From Candidatus Magasanikiibacteriota bacterium (GTDB taxonomy: Bacteria > Patescibacteriota > Patescibacteriia > Magasanikbacterales > UBA922): a stretch of 64,000 bases of DNA. The stretch spans positions 82,529 to 146,528 of the forward strand of contig JABIFP010000020.1 in NCBI GenBank assembly GCA_018650645.1. Direction: 5' to 3'. The translations under genes were made by a program, and so were the position numbers. Each line of letters starts with the position of its first letter. Position 1 is the first letter of the stretch. The notes under the pieces are model-generated. The model did no database searches and was not told the origin of the DNA. It saw only the letters and a program-made list of their open reading frames with translations. Of this stretch, positions 53,750-62,729 are shown piece by piece.

Positions 53750-56707
53750 ATGACAACAAGAACACCTGAAGAAATATTAGACCAACCCAAGGTCTCTTTA
53801 GTAGAGGTCTATTTGCAGTTGCAACAGCATTACGAAGGGGTGTTTGGTGAAAATGCTATCATTATTATGGAAGTTGGTTCATTTTACGAAGTGTATGGTG
53901 TGGATAATGCAGAGATGAAGATTGGGAAACCAAAAGAGATTGCAGAAGTACTTAACATTCAACTTACAAGACGAAATAAACGAGATCTGCAAAATAGTAT
54001 GAAGAATCCCCTCCTTGCGGGATTCCCTACTGCTACATTTGATAGATACATTGGCAGACTCACCGCAGAAAATCGCTATACCATTATTATTGTAAGGCAA
54101 AAAGGAGCACCACCAAATGTAGAGAGATATATTGACCGCGTGTTGTCTCCTGGGGTGAACTTTGATTACCGACCAGGCCACGATGAACAAACCATGGCGA
54201 GTGTGCTTGTTGAAATGTCTGGCAACATGTATAACGCGGCGTATTCAGCAATAGATGTTGCTACCGGCAAGTCCTACGTTTTTGAAGCGCACAGCACAGG
54301 GGAAGATCATACCGCTGCGCTTGATGCTATCTTTCATCTGCTCCAATCGCGTGGTACAGGAGAAGTGGTGCTCACGTGTAGCCCTGACATTGCCCCTTTT
54401 GTAACAGACTATTTGGAACTCCAAAATATTGGCAGCCTAACAACGCAAGAAAAACGACTTGATGTAGCGTTTCAAAATACGCTGCTCGGCTCAACATATA
54501 ATATTGAATCATACCTTTCTGCGGTTGAAACACTCGATTTAGAAAAGACACCACTTGCTTCTGAAGCGCTGGCGCTTGTCATCGATTGGATTATTCAGCA
54601 TGAACGGCCTTTGGCAGAACGACTGCATCGACCAATGCTTTTGCGCAATAATGCCTTTTTATATTTAGGAAACGATCCACTCCATCAGCTTGCAATGCTG
54701 TCTCATGATCCGCATGAGCAGACTATTCTCAAACTCATGAACCATACGCGCACCAGCATTGGTCGCAGGCTTTTGAAAGACCGACTCCTCCACCCTATTA
54801 CCAATCCAGAAGAAATGACGGCGCGATATGATTTAGCAGATGCCGTGGCGCCACTGATTACGGAAATTGAAATTCATTTGCGTGAAGTGTATGACATAGA
54901 ACGCCTTGCCCGCAGATTACGGCTTGGTCGGCTGCATCCGTTTGAAGTAAACTTTTTGTTCGACTCTCTTGAAGCAGCCATTAATATTATTACCACGCTT
55001 GAGTCTCAAGATCTTCCTGCAATAAAACAGCTGCAGGATCATAAAGAAACCATTCAAACCTGTATTAAAGAAGTGAAAGCACATTTTTCACTTTCAGAAA
55101 CTGGGCAAGTGACCAATCAAGCTATTTCAAGGTCTTTGTTTAAACAAGGATTTGATAAAGAACTCGATGCCATGCTTGCGCAAAAAGAAGCTGAAGAAGC
55201 AAAGCTTGAGCTGATTAAAGAAAAAATGGTTGAGCTGCTCCTTGATGCAACGGGAAAAGACGAGAGCAACTTTGTGGTAATAAAACAAATGGATAAAGAT
55301 GGTCACTACATTTCTTTGACCAAAAGCCGGTATGCACAAATTCAAGAAGCGCTTAGTGACACGTACGTGTCGATTGATGAAACCGTGTATGCATTTTCTG
55401 ATTTCAGATTTAAAGTGCAAGTTGGCAATGTAAAAATCACCGCAGGAATTATTGATGACGTCTCTGGTAGTATTGTTTCTTTACAAACAAAAATAATTGG
55501 TCGAGTACGTGAACTATTTGCACAAGAGCTTGTAAGTTTGGACACAACCTTTGGCGATACTATTCATATGGTAAGTGGATTACTTGCCGCGATTGATGTA
55601 GCTGTTTCTACCGCTAAGGCGGCACAAACGTTGCGGCTCGTAAGGCCAGAACTTACCGCATCAAAAAATCATGAAAACTATTTAGAGATTGCAGATTTAC
55701 GCCACCCTCTTGTAGAGGCGCGTGAGGAAAATGGAATTTATATAACAAATAATGTACTGCTCGGTTCTGCTGAGTATACTAATGACAATACACTACCAAT
55801 GCTGCCTGAAGCTGATGATGTGCGCGGCCTTTTGCTATACGGCATCAATGCAAGTGGAAAGTCGTCCTTTATGAAAGCTATAGGGATTGCTGTAATGCTT
55901 GCTCAAGCTGGGTTTTTTGTTCCAGCAACCAGGATGCGATTTAGTCCATTTGAAGAACTCTTTACGCGAATATTAGCAAAAGATAATGTAGAGCGCGGTC
56001 TTTCTTCCTTTGCAGTAGAAATGATGGAACTTAAAAATATTTTTACGCGCTGCTCCCCAAAAAGTTTGATTCTAGGCGATGAGATTTGCCGTGGAACAGA
56101 AACACTTTCTGCTATTGCTATTGTAAGCGCCGCAGTAAAGCGCCTCAGTGAAAAAGGAAGTCTCTTTTTGTTCACCACCCATCTGCATCAGCTAGCAAAC
56201 CTAGATGTGTTCTCTTCCCTACCGCATGTGGTCTGTGGCCACCTTGCCGTTCGGTATGATGAAGCGCAGGATTTGCTTATCTTTGACAGAACTCTGCAAC
56301 AAGGAAGTGGAAGTAGCATTTACGGACTCGAGTTTGCGCAGTCTCTTCACATGGATGAAACCTTCCTCAAAGATGCCATGAATATCCGGAAACATTTGGC
56401 CGATGATTTTGATGAACTGGAACTACTCACAAAAAAAGTAAAAAGTGCATATAATAAAGACCTGTTCTTATCTTCGTGCAGCTTGTGTCATAATAAAGCA
56501 GAAGAAACACATCATATTTCTCCGCAAGAGATTGCAGATAAGCACGGAAACATTGGTCACTTTCATAAAAATCATAAAGCCAACCTTATTACCCTTTGCG
56601 ATGATTGTCATGACAATATCCATCACGGGAAAATAAAAGTGAAAGGATATGTGATGACGAGTAAAGGGTTGCAGCTGGATGTTGAGGAGATGGAACAAGA
56701 ATCATAA
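53750..56707 (+). CDS. MutS-family protein with C-terminal HNH endonuclease domain (MutS-HNH fusion)
   Basis: MutS domain I (GSFYEVYGVDNAE), Walker A GINASGKSSFMKAIG, and a C-terminal HNH motif (C..CH...HHI.P...HGNIGHFH.NH..NLITLCDDCHDNIHHG). SD GGAGG precedes the ATG at 53750; the supplied ORF starts at 53720. Confidence 0.75.
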   Translation: MTTRTPEEILDQPKVSLVEVYLQLQQHYEGVFGENAIIIMEVGSFYEVYGVDNAEMKIGKPKEIAEVLNIQLTRRNKRDLQNSMKNPLLAGFPTATFDRYIGRLTAENRYTIIIVRQKGAPPNVERYIDRVLSPGVNFDYRPGHDEQTMASVLVEMSGNMYNAAYSAIDVATGKSYVFEAHSTGEDHTAALDAIFHLLQSRGTGEVVLTCSPDIAPFVTDYLELQNIGSLTTQEKRLDVAFQNTLLGSTYNIESYLSAVETLDLEKTPLASEALALVIDWIIQHERPLAERLHRPMLLRNNAFLYLGNDPLHQLAMLSHDPHEQTILKLMNHTRTSIGRRLLKDRLLHPITNPEEMTARYDLADAVAPLITEIEIHLREVYDIERLARRLRLGRLHPFEVNFLFDSLEAAINIITTLESQDLPAIKQLQDHKETIQTCIKEVKAHFSLSETGQVTNQAISRSLFKQGFDKELDAMLAQKEAEEAKLELIKEKMVELLLDATGKDESNFVVIKQMDKDGHYISLTKSRYAQIQEALSDTYVSIDETVYAFSDFRFKVQVGNVKITAGIIDDVSGSIVSLQTKIIGRVRELFAQELVSLDTTFGDTIHMVSGLLAAIDVAVSTAKAAQTLRLVRPELTASKNHENYLEIADLRHPLVEAREENGIYITNNVLLGSAEYTNDNTLPMLPEADDVRGLLLYGINASGKSSFMKAIGIAVMLAQAGFFVPATRMRFSPFEELFTRILAKDNVERGLSSFAVEMMELKNIFTRCSPKSLILGDEICRGTETLSAIAIVSAAVKRLSEKGSLFLFTTHLHQLANLDVFSSLPHVVCGHLAVRYDEAQDLLIFDRTLQQGSGSSIYGLEFAQSLHMDETFLKDAMNIRKHLADDFDELELLTKKVKSAYNKDLFLSSCSLCHNKAEETHHISPQEIADKHGNIGHFHKNHKANLITLCDDCHDNIHHGKIKVKGYVMTSKGLQLDVEEMEQES

Positions 56708-56731
56708 AACGCCCAAAAGGGCGTTTTTGCT
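56706..56731 (+). terminator. Intrinsic terminator after the MutS-HNH gene (AAAACGCCC-AAAA-GGGCGTTTT)
   Basis: Perfect 9-bp stem followed by TTTTTGCTT. Confidence 0.6.
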
Positions 56732-56732
56732 T

Positions 56733-56775
56733 ATAAAAAAAGAACCGGCCCCACAACGTGTGTGTGAGCCGGCAT
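56733..56775 (-). terminator. Intrinsic terminator for the foreign 226-aa gene (GCCGGC, long loop, GGCCGG, then T-run on the minus strand)
   Basis: The hairpin is followed by CTTTTTTTAT on the minus strand, downstream of the stop at 56819. Confidence 0.4.
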
Positions 56776-56818
56776 TGTCACCGCGACGATAGTGCCGTGG
56801 TGGCGATAGGCGCAAGGC

Positions 56819-57499
56819 CTAGAGCCTGCAGCCGTTGCGAGCCACCGAGATAGCGTTCGCGAGCTTGCTTTCGACGGTCATCCTCGTCCTCTCCTCGAGG
56901 GGATAACCACCATAGTGAGCCACCTTCACGGGAGATTCATCGTGAAGGTCTACCACGATGGGAACATTCCGTGACTTGTCACCGGACGCGAGAGAAACCG
57001 CAATGATCTTTCCCTCACGGATCGTGATCTCCGGACGCTGCTGCCCCCCAGCCGAAGTCCTCAGAAGAGACATCACGTCCCGGAGAAGATCATCGCTGAT
57101 CACGATTTCCAGCTCACCGAAGGCTCCGCGGAGTTTCGCCATCACATCCAGATAGAACTCCGCTTCACGATGTAGCTGACGCAATTGCCTAAGCTCCACG
57201 TGCAGACCCGAGATGGCCTTGTGCATCGGGAGGGCATCCTCACCCCTCCGACAATGCAGCACCAGGATGCGTCCCGAGAAAGGCCCCGCGGCAATCACTT
57301 TCGGATCGCTCTGAGGGAGCATTTTCACACGCGCGCACCGCTTCCAGCTGAGAACCGTGGGTACTGGACCCACGCCAGGATACTGCACCCAGTGCTCCAC
57401 CAGCTCTTCCAGCTGATTCTCCGTGAGTTTGATCCGCTGATCCACTAGCACGTGCTGGATCGTCGCCTTCAGGGCCGCATAGAATGCCGCACTGATCAT
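56819..57499 (-). CDS. Compositionally foreign (high-G+C) hypothetical protein (226 aa); no recognisable domain
   Basis: Strong G/C bias at third positions in an AT-rich context; own terminator; AT-rich upstream region. Confidence 0.5.
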   Translation of the reverse strand: MISAAFYAALKATIQHVLVDQRIKLTENQLEELVEHWVQYPGVGPVPTVLSWKRCARVKMLPQSDPKVIAAGPFSGRILVLHCRRGEDALPMHKAISGLHVELRQLRQLHREAEFYLDVMAKLRGAFGELEIVISDDLLRDVMSLLRTSAGGQQRPEITIREGKIIAVSLASGDKSRNVPIVVDLHDESPVKVAHYGGYPLEERTRMTVESKLANAISVARNGCRL

Positions 57500-57673
57500 C
57501 TCTCTTGTCCTAACACCCCTCCCTGGGGATTATGGCGCATTGCGCCGTTTTAGTTCGAGTAGAGCTAACCAGAAAACAGCCATTTTGTCAATGGTAGTGC
57601 TTCCCCACTCGTGCACAGAAAGACTCTATGGTATACTTTATTCATCATTGTATTTATTTTTTTCTCACACTCT

Positions 57674-57892
57674 ATGAAGGGAAACATGGGAGGACTCACC
57701 AAGCTTTGCTGGGTTCTATTAATCGTTGGAGGACTCAATTGGGGACTCGTTGGAGCATTTGAATGGAATTTAGTCACTGCACTTTTTGGAAGTGTTGAAT
57801 GGCTCGAACGACTTGTATATATCCTCGTTGGGCTTTCAGCTCTCTGCGGACTCGCAACCCTGAAAAAAGGATGTTGCAGCAAAAAAGCATAA
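57674..57892 (+). CDS. DUF378-family small membrane protein
   Basis: LLIVGGLNWGLVGAFEWNLV is the DUF378 signature. The supplied ORF starts at 57611; the ATG at 57674 fits the usual family length. Confidence 0.6.
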   Translation: MKGNMGGLTKLCWVLLIVGGLNWGLVGAFEWNLVTALFGSVEWLERLVYILVGLSALCGLATLKKGCCSKKA

Positions 57893-57906
57893 GAACGCAA
57901 AAAAAG

Positions 57907-57934
57907 TCCGAAAGGGCTTTTTTTGTTATGTCTA
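57907..57934 (+). terminator. Intrinsic terminator after the DUF378 gene (A7, GTCC-GAAA-GGGC, T7)
   Basis: GNRA-tetraloop hairpin flanked by A and T runs. Confidence 0.5.
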
Positions 57935-57992
57935 TTCCTCCATATCCATCCACACCTTCCCAAACCCCCAAATACCGCTATACTGACTGCAT

Positions 57993-60350
57993 ATGTTTAT
58001 CAAAAAATACTTCAACTGGCTCCAGAAGGATAATCCCGTTGGAGACGTCGTCTTGTATCCAGAGCTCTCTACGGATAGAGAGACTTCGCTTAAGGGTGTC
58101 TATATTGCCGGAGACCTCACTGGAATTCCTCTTTTAAAGATGGCCACAAACGGTGCTGCAAATATCGTCAAAAAGCTGCAATTTGATCAATGGAAGAAAA
58201 CCAAACGGATGATGGATGCCATTGAAGCCGATAAAAAGCTAAAGAACACAGATTCTACTCAATCACATAGACCCAACAGTTTTGATATTGTCATTGTTGG
58301 CGCAGGCCCAGCTGGAATCTCTGCAGCGCTTGAGGCAAAGCGCAGAGGCTACTCGTATGTAGTATTAGAAGCATCGGACAGACTCTTCAATACCATAGAA
58401 AACTTTCCCAAAGGAAAGCCGATGTTTTATGAACCAAAAGCATTGAAAGAAGAAACAGCAATGACCATGGTTGGAAAAACAAAGGAAGAACTCCTTGGGC
58501 ACTTAAAAAATATTGTAGACAAGCATGAACCAAACATAGTATTTGGTCAGAAAGTCGATTTGATTGAAGTGGAAAGTGATGGTACCCACAAAATTTCAAC
58601 AAAAGCAGACACATACCATGCAAAGAAAACTATTTTAGCATCTGGCAAAAGTGGCCATAGTAGAAAGCTCGGTATTCCCGGGGAGCATCTTTCTCATGTC
58701 ACAAACTGTTTATACGATCCGCAAGAATATTCAGGCAAGCAAGTATTAGTTATTGGTGGTGGTGACAGTGCGCTTGAAAGTGCTGCGCTACTAGAAAAGG
58801 CTGGTGCAAAAGTAACAGTTTGTTATAGAAAAAAAGAATTCGTGCGGCCAAAGCCAGATAATATTCAAACAGCACTTACTCTGCAAGAGTATGGCAAGCT
58901 CACTCTTTTATTTGAATCAAGTCCAAAAGAAATTAGAGAAAAAGAAGTCGATATTGATGTTGCAGGAGAGCGCAAAACCTTTTCTTTTGATCATGTCTTC
59001 ACCCTGATTGGTACACAACTCCCTTACGAATTTTTTGATAAGTGCGGCATCAAAATTGAAAATGCAAAAACAAAAACCACCTATTGGTGGATGGCATTTT
59101 CTGTTGCCTTTATGAATGTTGTGTATTTTGGAAAAGCCTCAAACGGTATTACCGGCCATGCTGGAGCAGCGGAATTTACCAATATAGTTGCGGGTAATCC
59201 TACAGAAATCATCTTTAAAACAATTGCTTGGCTAAGCGCAATTGCAATGATTGTAACGGGCGTGGTTGTACTAAAAGACTTAATTAAAAACTGGAAGAAA
59301 TATTTCACGAATAAATGGGATTATATCCGCAACGGATACTTCTTTGCAGCCATGGTACTCTTTATCTTTTCTTTTTTTGGTAACAAATATTTCAACTTCA
59401 ATTTAGGAAATCAGGATCCATACTTTTGGTACAGCTTCCTCTATACCACAACTATTGGGCTATTTGGCCTGCGGCGCATTGTAGTAACCAAAAAAACGTA
59501 CGTCACCAAACAAACGATTCTCCTCTTTTTGATCCAAGCACTTCCCCTCTTCTTTATTCCAAACTTTGTATTGCCCTGGATGGATGCACATGGATTAATC
59601 TCTGAATGGGTACGCCAAACAGTGTTCCTTGGTGGCGAATGGTGGCGATTCGTTGGATTTATTCTTGCCTGGCCGCTGTTTATCTGGAATGTGTTTACCG
59701 ATCAGCCAAGTATCTTCTGGCTTGTTACCAGTTTGATTCAAACCTTTGTAATTATTCCATTTTTGGTTATCAAATATGGAAAAGGAGCCTACTGCGGTTG
59801 GATTTGTAGCTGCGGCGCAATGGCAGAAACACTCGGTGACGAATACAGAAAGCTTGCGCCACATGGAGCAAAAGCAAAAAAATGGGATAATGCCGGACAA
59901 GTGATATTGTTTATCATAATGGCCATTACTATTCTGAGACTCCTCGGATATGTCCCGAGTCTTTCTGGAGCACTTGCTGGCATAAACTCCGTACTCCTCG
60001 ATGGATATAAAATTATCGTTGATACCTTTTTAGCTGGAACTGTTGGTGTAGCACTATACTTCTTTATGGGTGGCCGTGTGTGGTGCAGATTCTTCTGCCC
60101 GCTGGCTGCACTTATGCACATCTACAACAAATTCTCTACCTGGCGCATTTTGTCTGACAAAAAGAAATGTATTTCTTGCGGTCTTTGTACTAAATCGTGC
60201 CACATGGGAATCGATGTGATGGGATACGCACAGACAGGAAGAGTATTAGACGATGTGGAGTGTGTAAATTGTAGCGCTTGTGTGAATGTGTGTCCTACTG
60301 GAGTGTTGAGTTTTGGAAGATATGGGAAGGTTTGGAATAAGAAAATATGA
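57993..60350 (+). CDS. Fusion protein: FAD/NAD(P)-binding pyridine-nucleotide-disulfide oxidoreductase domain + polytopic membrane region + NapH/MauN/NosR-like polyferredoxin (CxWxCxxG and two 4Fe-4S CxxCxxCxxxCP motifs)
   Basis: DIVIVGAGPAGISAALEA (FAD GxGxxG), VLVIGGGDSALESAALL (NAD GxGxxA), more than 8 TM helices, CGWICSCGA, CISCGLCTKSCHMG, CVNCSACVNVCPTG. The GD motif (VYIAGDLTG) lies N-terminal to the first GxGxxG. Confidence 0.6.
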   Translation: MFIKKYFNWLQKDNPVGDVVLYPELSTDRETSLKGVYIAGDLTGIPLLKMATNGAANIVKKLQFDQWKKTKRMMDAIEADKKLKNTDSTQSHRPNSFDIVIVGAGPAGISAALEAKRRGYSYVVLEASDRLFNTIENFPKGKPMFYEPKALKEETAMTMVGKTKEELLGHLKNIVDKHEPNIVFGQKVDLIEVESDGTHKISTKADTYHAKKTILASGKSGHSRKLGIPGEHLSHVTNCLYDPQEYSGKQVLVIGGGDSALESAALLEKAGAKVTVCYRKKEFVRPKPDNIQTALTLQEYGKLTLLFESSPKEIREKEVDIDVAGERKTFSFDHVFTLIGTQLPYEFFDKCGIKIENAKTKTTYWWMAFSVAFMNVVYFGKASNGITGHAGAAEFTNIVAGNPTEIIFKTIAWLSAIAMIVTGVVVLKDLIKNWKKYFTNKWDYIRNGYFFAAMVLFIFSFFGNKYFNFNLGNQDPYFWYSFLYTTTIGLFGLRRIVVTKKTYVTKQTILLFLIQALPLFFIPNFVLPWMDAHGLISEWVRQTVFLGGEWWRFVGFILAWPLFIWNVFTDQPSIFWLVTSLIQTFVIIPFLVIKYGKGAYCGWICSCGAMAETLGDEYRKLAPHGAKAKKWDNAGQVILFIIMAITILRLLGYVPSLSGALAGINSVLLDGYKIIVDTFLAGTVGVALYFFMGGRVWCRFFCPLAALMHIYNKFSTWRILSDKKKCISCGLCTKSCHMGIDVMGYAQTGRVLDDVECVNCSACVNVCPTGVLSFGRYGKVWNKKI

Positions 60351-60390
60351 TGCCTAATAACTTCATACCGAAATTTTTGTAAATTCAAAT

Positions 60391-61386
60391 ATGCTAACCA
60401 GTACCATTACTTCTAGTACCGAATCAGTAAATATAGCTAAATTAATTATAAAAAACATTGATCTCATAACTTTGTTTTCTACAATTTCTATAGCTCTCTT
60501 AGGCTGGCTTATATCAATTTTAATCCAAGGCAAAATCGTAAAAAAACAGCACAGGATAGCGATAGGGTATGCTATATACAAAGAATTTGTAAAACTTCAC
60601 ATGGAAGTACAAAACACCCTAAGTACATTAAACGCAAGCTCTAGACCGCCCTTTATAATAATGGAAACTATTATGATTGTTCGGCCTCAGACTAGTATTG
60701 AAATAACCCATGTAATTGAAGCAGGCAAAGAGTGGGAAAAATTCATTAATAAATTAAACACTTTATATTTTGACTTTACTGATAAATACCTTGAAATTCT
60801 TTATCTCTTTTCTGACTGGGAAGCAGCGTTTAAATCACTAGCATTCACTAAAAATTGCTTGTCTGAGGAAATCAACTCTCTAAAATCAAAAATATATTCT
60901 GATATATCAATATTGCAAATGTACACAGTAGATCACGGATACGATTGGAGAAAATGGGATAGAAAGGAGATTGAGATAATCATTAATAGGATCGCTGAAA
61001 ATATACTTGATATTACCAGCTATCTTGGAGATTTTATGATTCTTCTCCACAATGAAACCTTATCCAATTATTTCAAGCAAAAACGTGAAATACGAATGAC
61101 AACAGATCCCAGATATAGAGTTTTAACAAAAAAAGGTATAGTAGAGAATCTAGATGTTAACCTGATCGAAAAAATGAAAAAACACAAAAGTATACATGAT
61201 GAAACAATAGAAAAAGAACTACTCGTTACTACTCCCTCTGATAAAAAGAATCTAAACTTGCGAAAAGCAGGAATCTGTCCAGACTGTAACACAGATATTG
61301 AAGTAAAAGATACTATAGTGGAGACAGAAAAAACGTTTTTTTCTTATACCTGTGGTCATGGATGGAATGTATTCTCACAAAAATGA
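60391..61386 (+). CDS. Compositionally foreign (very AT-rich) hypothetical protein: N-terminal TM helix, long alpha-helical middle, C-terminal zinc-ribbon-like CPDC...CGHG
   Basis: AT-rich codon usage clearly below the neighbours. A hydrophobic segment at residues ~25-45. C-x2-C...(24)...C-x-H at the C-terminus. Confidence 0.5.
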   Translation: MLTSTITSSTESVNIAKLIIKNIDLITLFSTISIALLGWLISILIQGKIVKKQHRIAIGYAIYKEFVKLHMEVQNTLSTLNASSRPPFIIMETIMIVRPQTSIEITHVIEAGKEWEKFINKLNTLYFDFTDKYLEILYLFSDWEAAFKSLAFTKNCLSEEINSLKSKIYSDISILQMYTVDHGYDWRKWDRKEIEIIINRIAENILDITSYLGDFMILLHNETLSNYFKQKREIRMTTDPRYRVLTKKGIVENLDVNLIEKMKKHKSIHDETIEKELLVTTPSDKKNLNLRKAGICPDCNTDIEVKDTIVETEKTFFSYTCGHGWNVFSQK

Positions 61387-62729
61387 ATCTAGATACCAAA
61401 ATATTGAGAAAAAAAATATTTAGTTGGTCGCTCTCCATTTTATCTATTTCTGGAGCTTCTCTTTTCATATCCCAATTTTCCCAACCCCTCCTCCACCCAA
61501 CAAAACTCACCACCACCCTAGCAGTCATGTTCCTCGGCTACCTCGGTATTCTTTATCTGAAACCTAAAAACCTCTGGCTTATTTTGGGAACCAGCATCAC
61601 GGCCCAACTCATCTTCCTTTTCATGCCGGCATTCTTCAATGACTTCTACCGCTACCTGTGGGATGGAAATATGCTCCTGCAAGGAATCAGTCCATATGCA
61701 CTTACTCCATGGGATGTCTTTGATACCCCAGCCCTCCAATCACTCACAGATGTGTGGTACTGGGATTCCTTGTACTTTAAATGGAGCAACACCATTTATC
61801 CACCAACTCTCCAGCTGGTCTTTGCCTTTGCAAATGCCATCAAGCTGAACAGTACGCTCGTATTAAAATCAATCTTCTTTCTATTTAACCTAGGAACCTT
61901 TGGCATTGCTATCAAACTCCTAGACCACCTCAAACAACCGCGCTACCTGATTGCACTTATCGCCCTCAATCCCCTTTTTCTTTTTGAAACGATGGCCGCC
62001 GGGCATTTTGAACCGATTCTCCTATTCTTCCTTTTGCTTACATTGTATTTACTCGTCAGAAACAAACACATATTAGCGGGCCTAAGTTTTGGCGCACTGA
62101 TTCTTACCAAATATTTTCCAATTTTACTCGCGCCACTATTTATCTTGAAAAAAAGATACAAATGGTGGATCTCTGCGCTCATAACAATTGTAACAATGAG
62201 TCTGCTGTATCTTCCGTTTGTACTCCTCACACCTGACACTTTTCAGCTGTTTGAATCTCTGAAAACGTTTCATGCCGATTGGGTAATGAGCCCAGGGATT
62301 TTTGCACTGCTGCAGATTGCTTTTGGATATGGCACGGCAAAAATCCTAAGCATGCTACTGACCATTGGTGCCACACTCCTTGCCTATAGATCTTTTTCCA
62401 AACACCAAAACATTTTTGAAGCTACCTGGCAAATCCTTTTTGCGCTCATTATATTCTCTTCCGTTGTATTCTCTTGGTATGTATTATGGCTTGTGGTGCT
62501 CCTTCCATTTGTAAAATACCGACTGTCCACTATTGCATTATCAGGAGTAGTCCTGCTACAGTACCTAGTACTCTACTACAGTAGCGCCGAGCAAACATTC
62601 CTATACCGCCAAAACGGGCAGGTCTGGTGGCTACAGCTACTGATTTGGGTGCCTCCACTTTTTGCATTTGCATATGAAGCCTACAAACACAAACGCACTC
62701 TTCTTTTACGCTCGTCCAAAAACGAGTAA
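61362..62729 (+). CDS. Polytopic membrane protein (GT-C/DUF2029-like glycosyltransferase candidate); the true start is possibly the ATG at 61527, where composition returns to host-like
   Basis: More than 10 TM helices; no soluble domain. The 5' ~165 nt of the supplied ORF lies inside the AT-rich island. Confidence 0.4.
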   Translation: MECILTKMNLDTKILRKKIFSWSLSILSISGASLFISQFSQPLLHPTKLTTTLAVMFLGYLGILYLKPKNLWLILGTSITAQLIFLFMPAFFNDFYRYLWDGNMLLQGISPYALTPWDVFDTPALQSLTDVWYWDSLYFKWSNTIYPPTLQLVFAFANAIKLNSTLVLKSIFFLFNLGTFGIAIKLLDHLKQPRYLIALIALNPLFLFETMAAGHFEPILLFFLLLTLYLLVRNKHILAGLSFGALILTKYFPILLAPLFILKKRYKWWISALITIVTMSLLYLPFVLLTPDTFQLFESLKTFHADWVMSPGIFALLQIAFGYGTAKILSMLLTIGATLLAYRSFSKHQNIFEATWQILFALIIFSSVVFSWYVLWLVVLLPFVKYRLSTIALSGVVLLQYLVLYYSSAEQTFLYRQNGQVWWLQLLIWVPPLFAFAYEAYKHKRTLLLRSSKNE

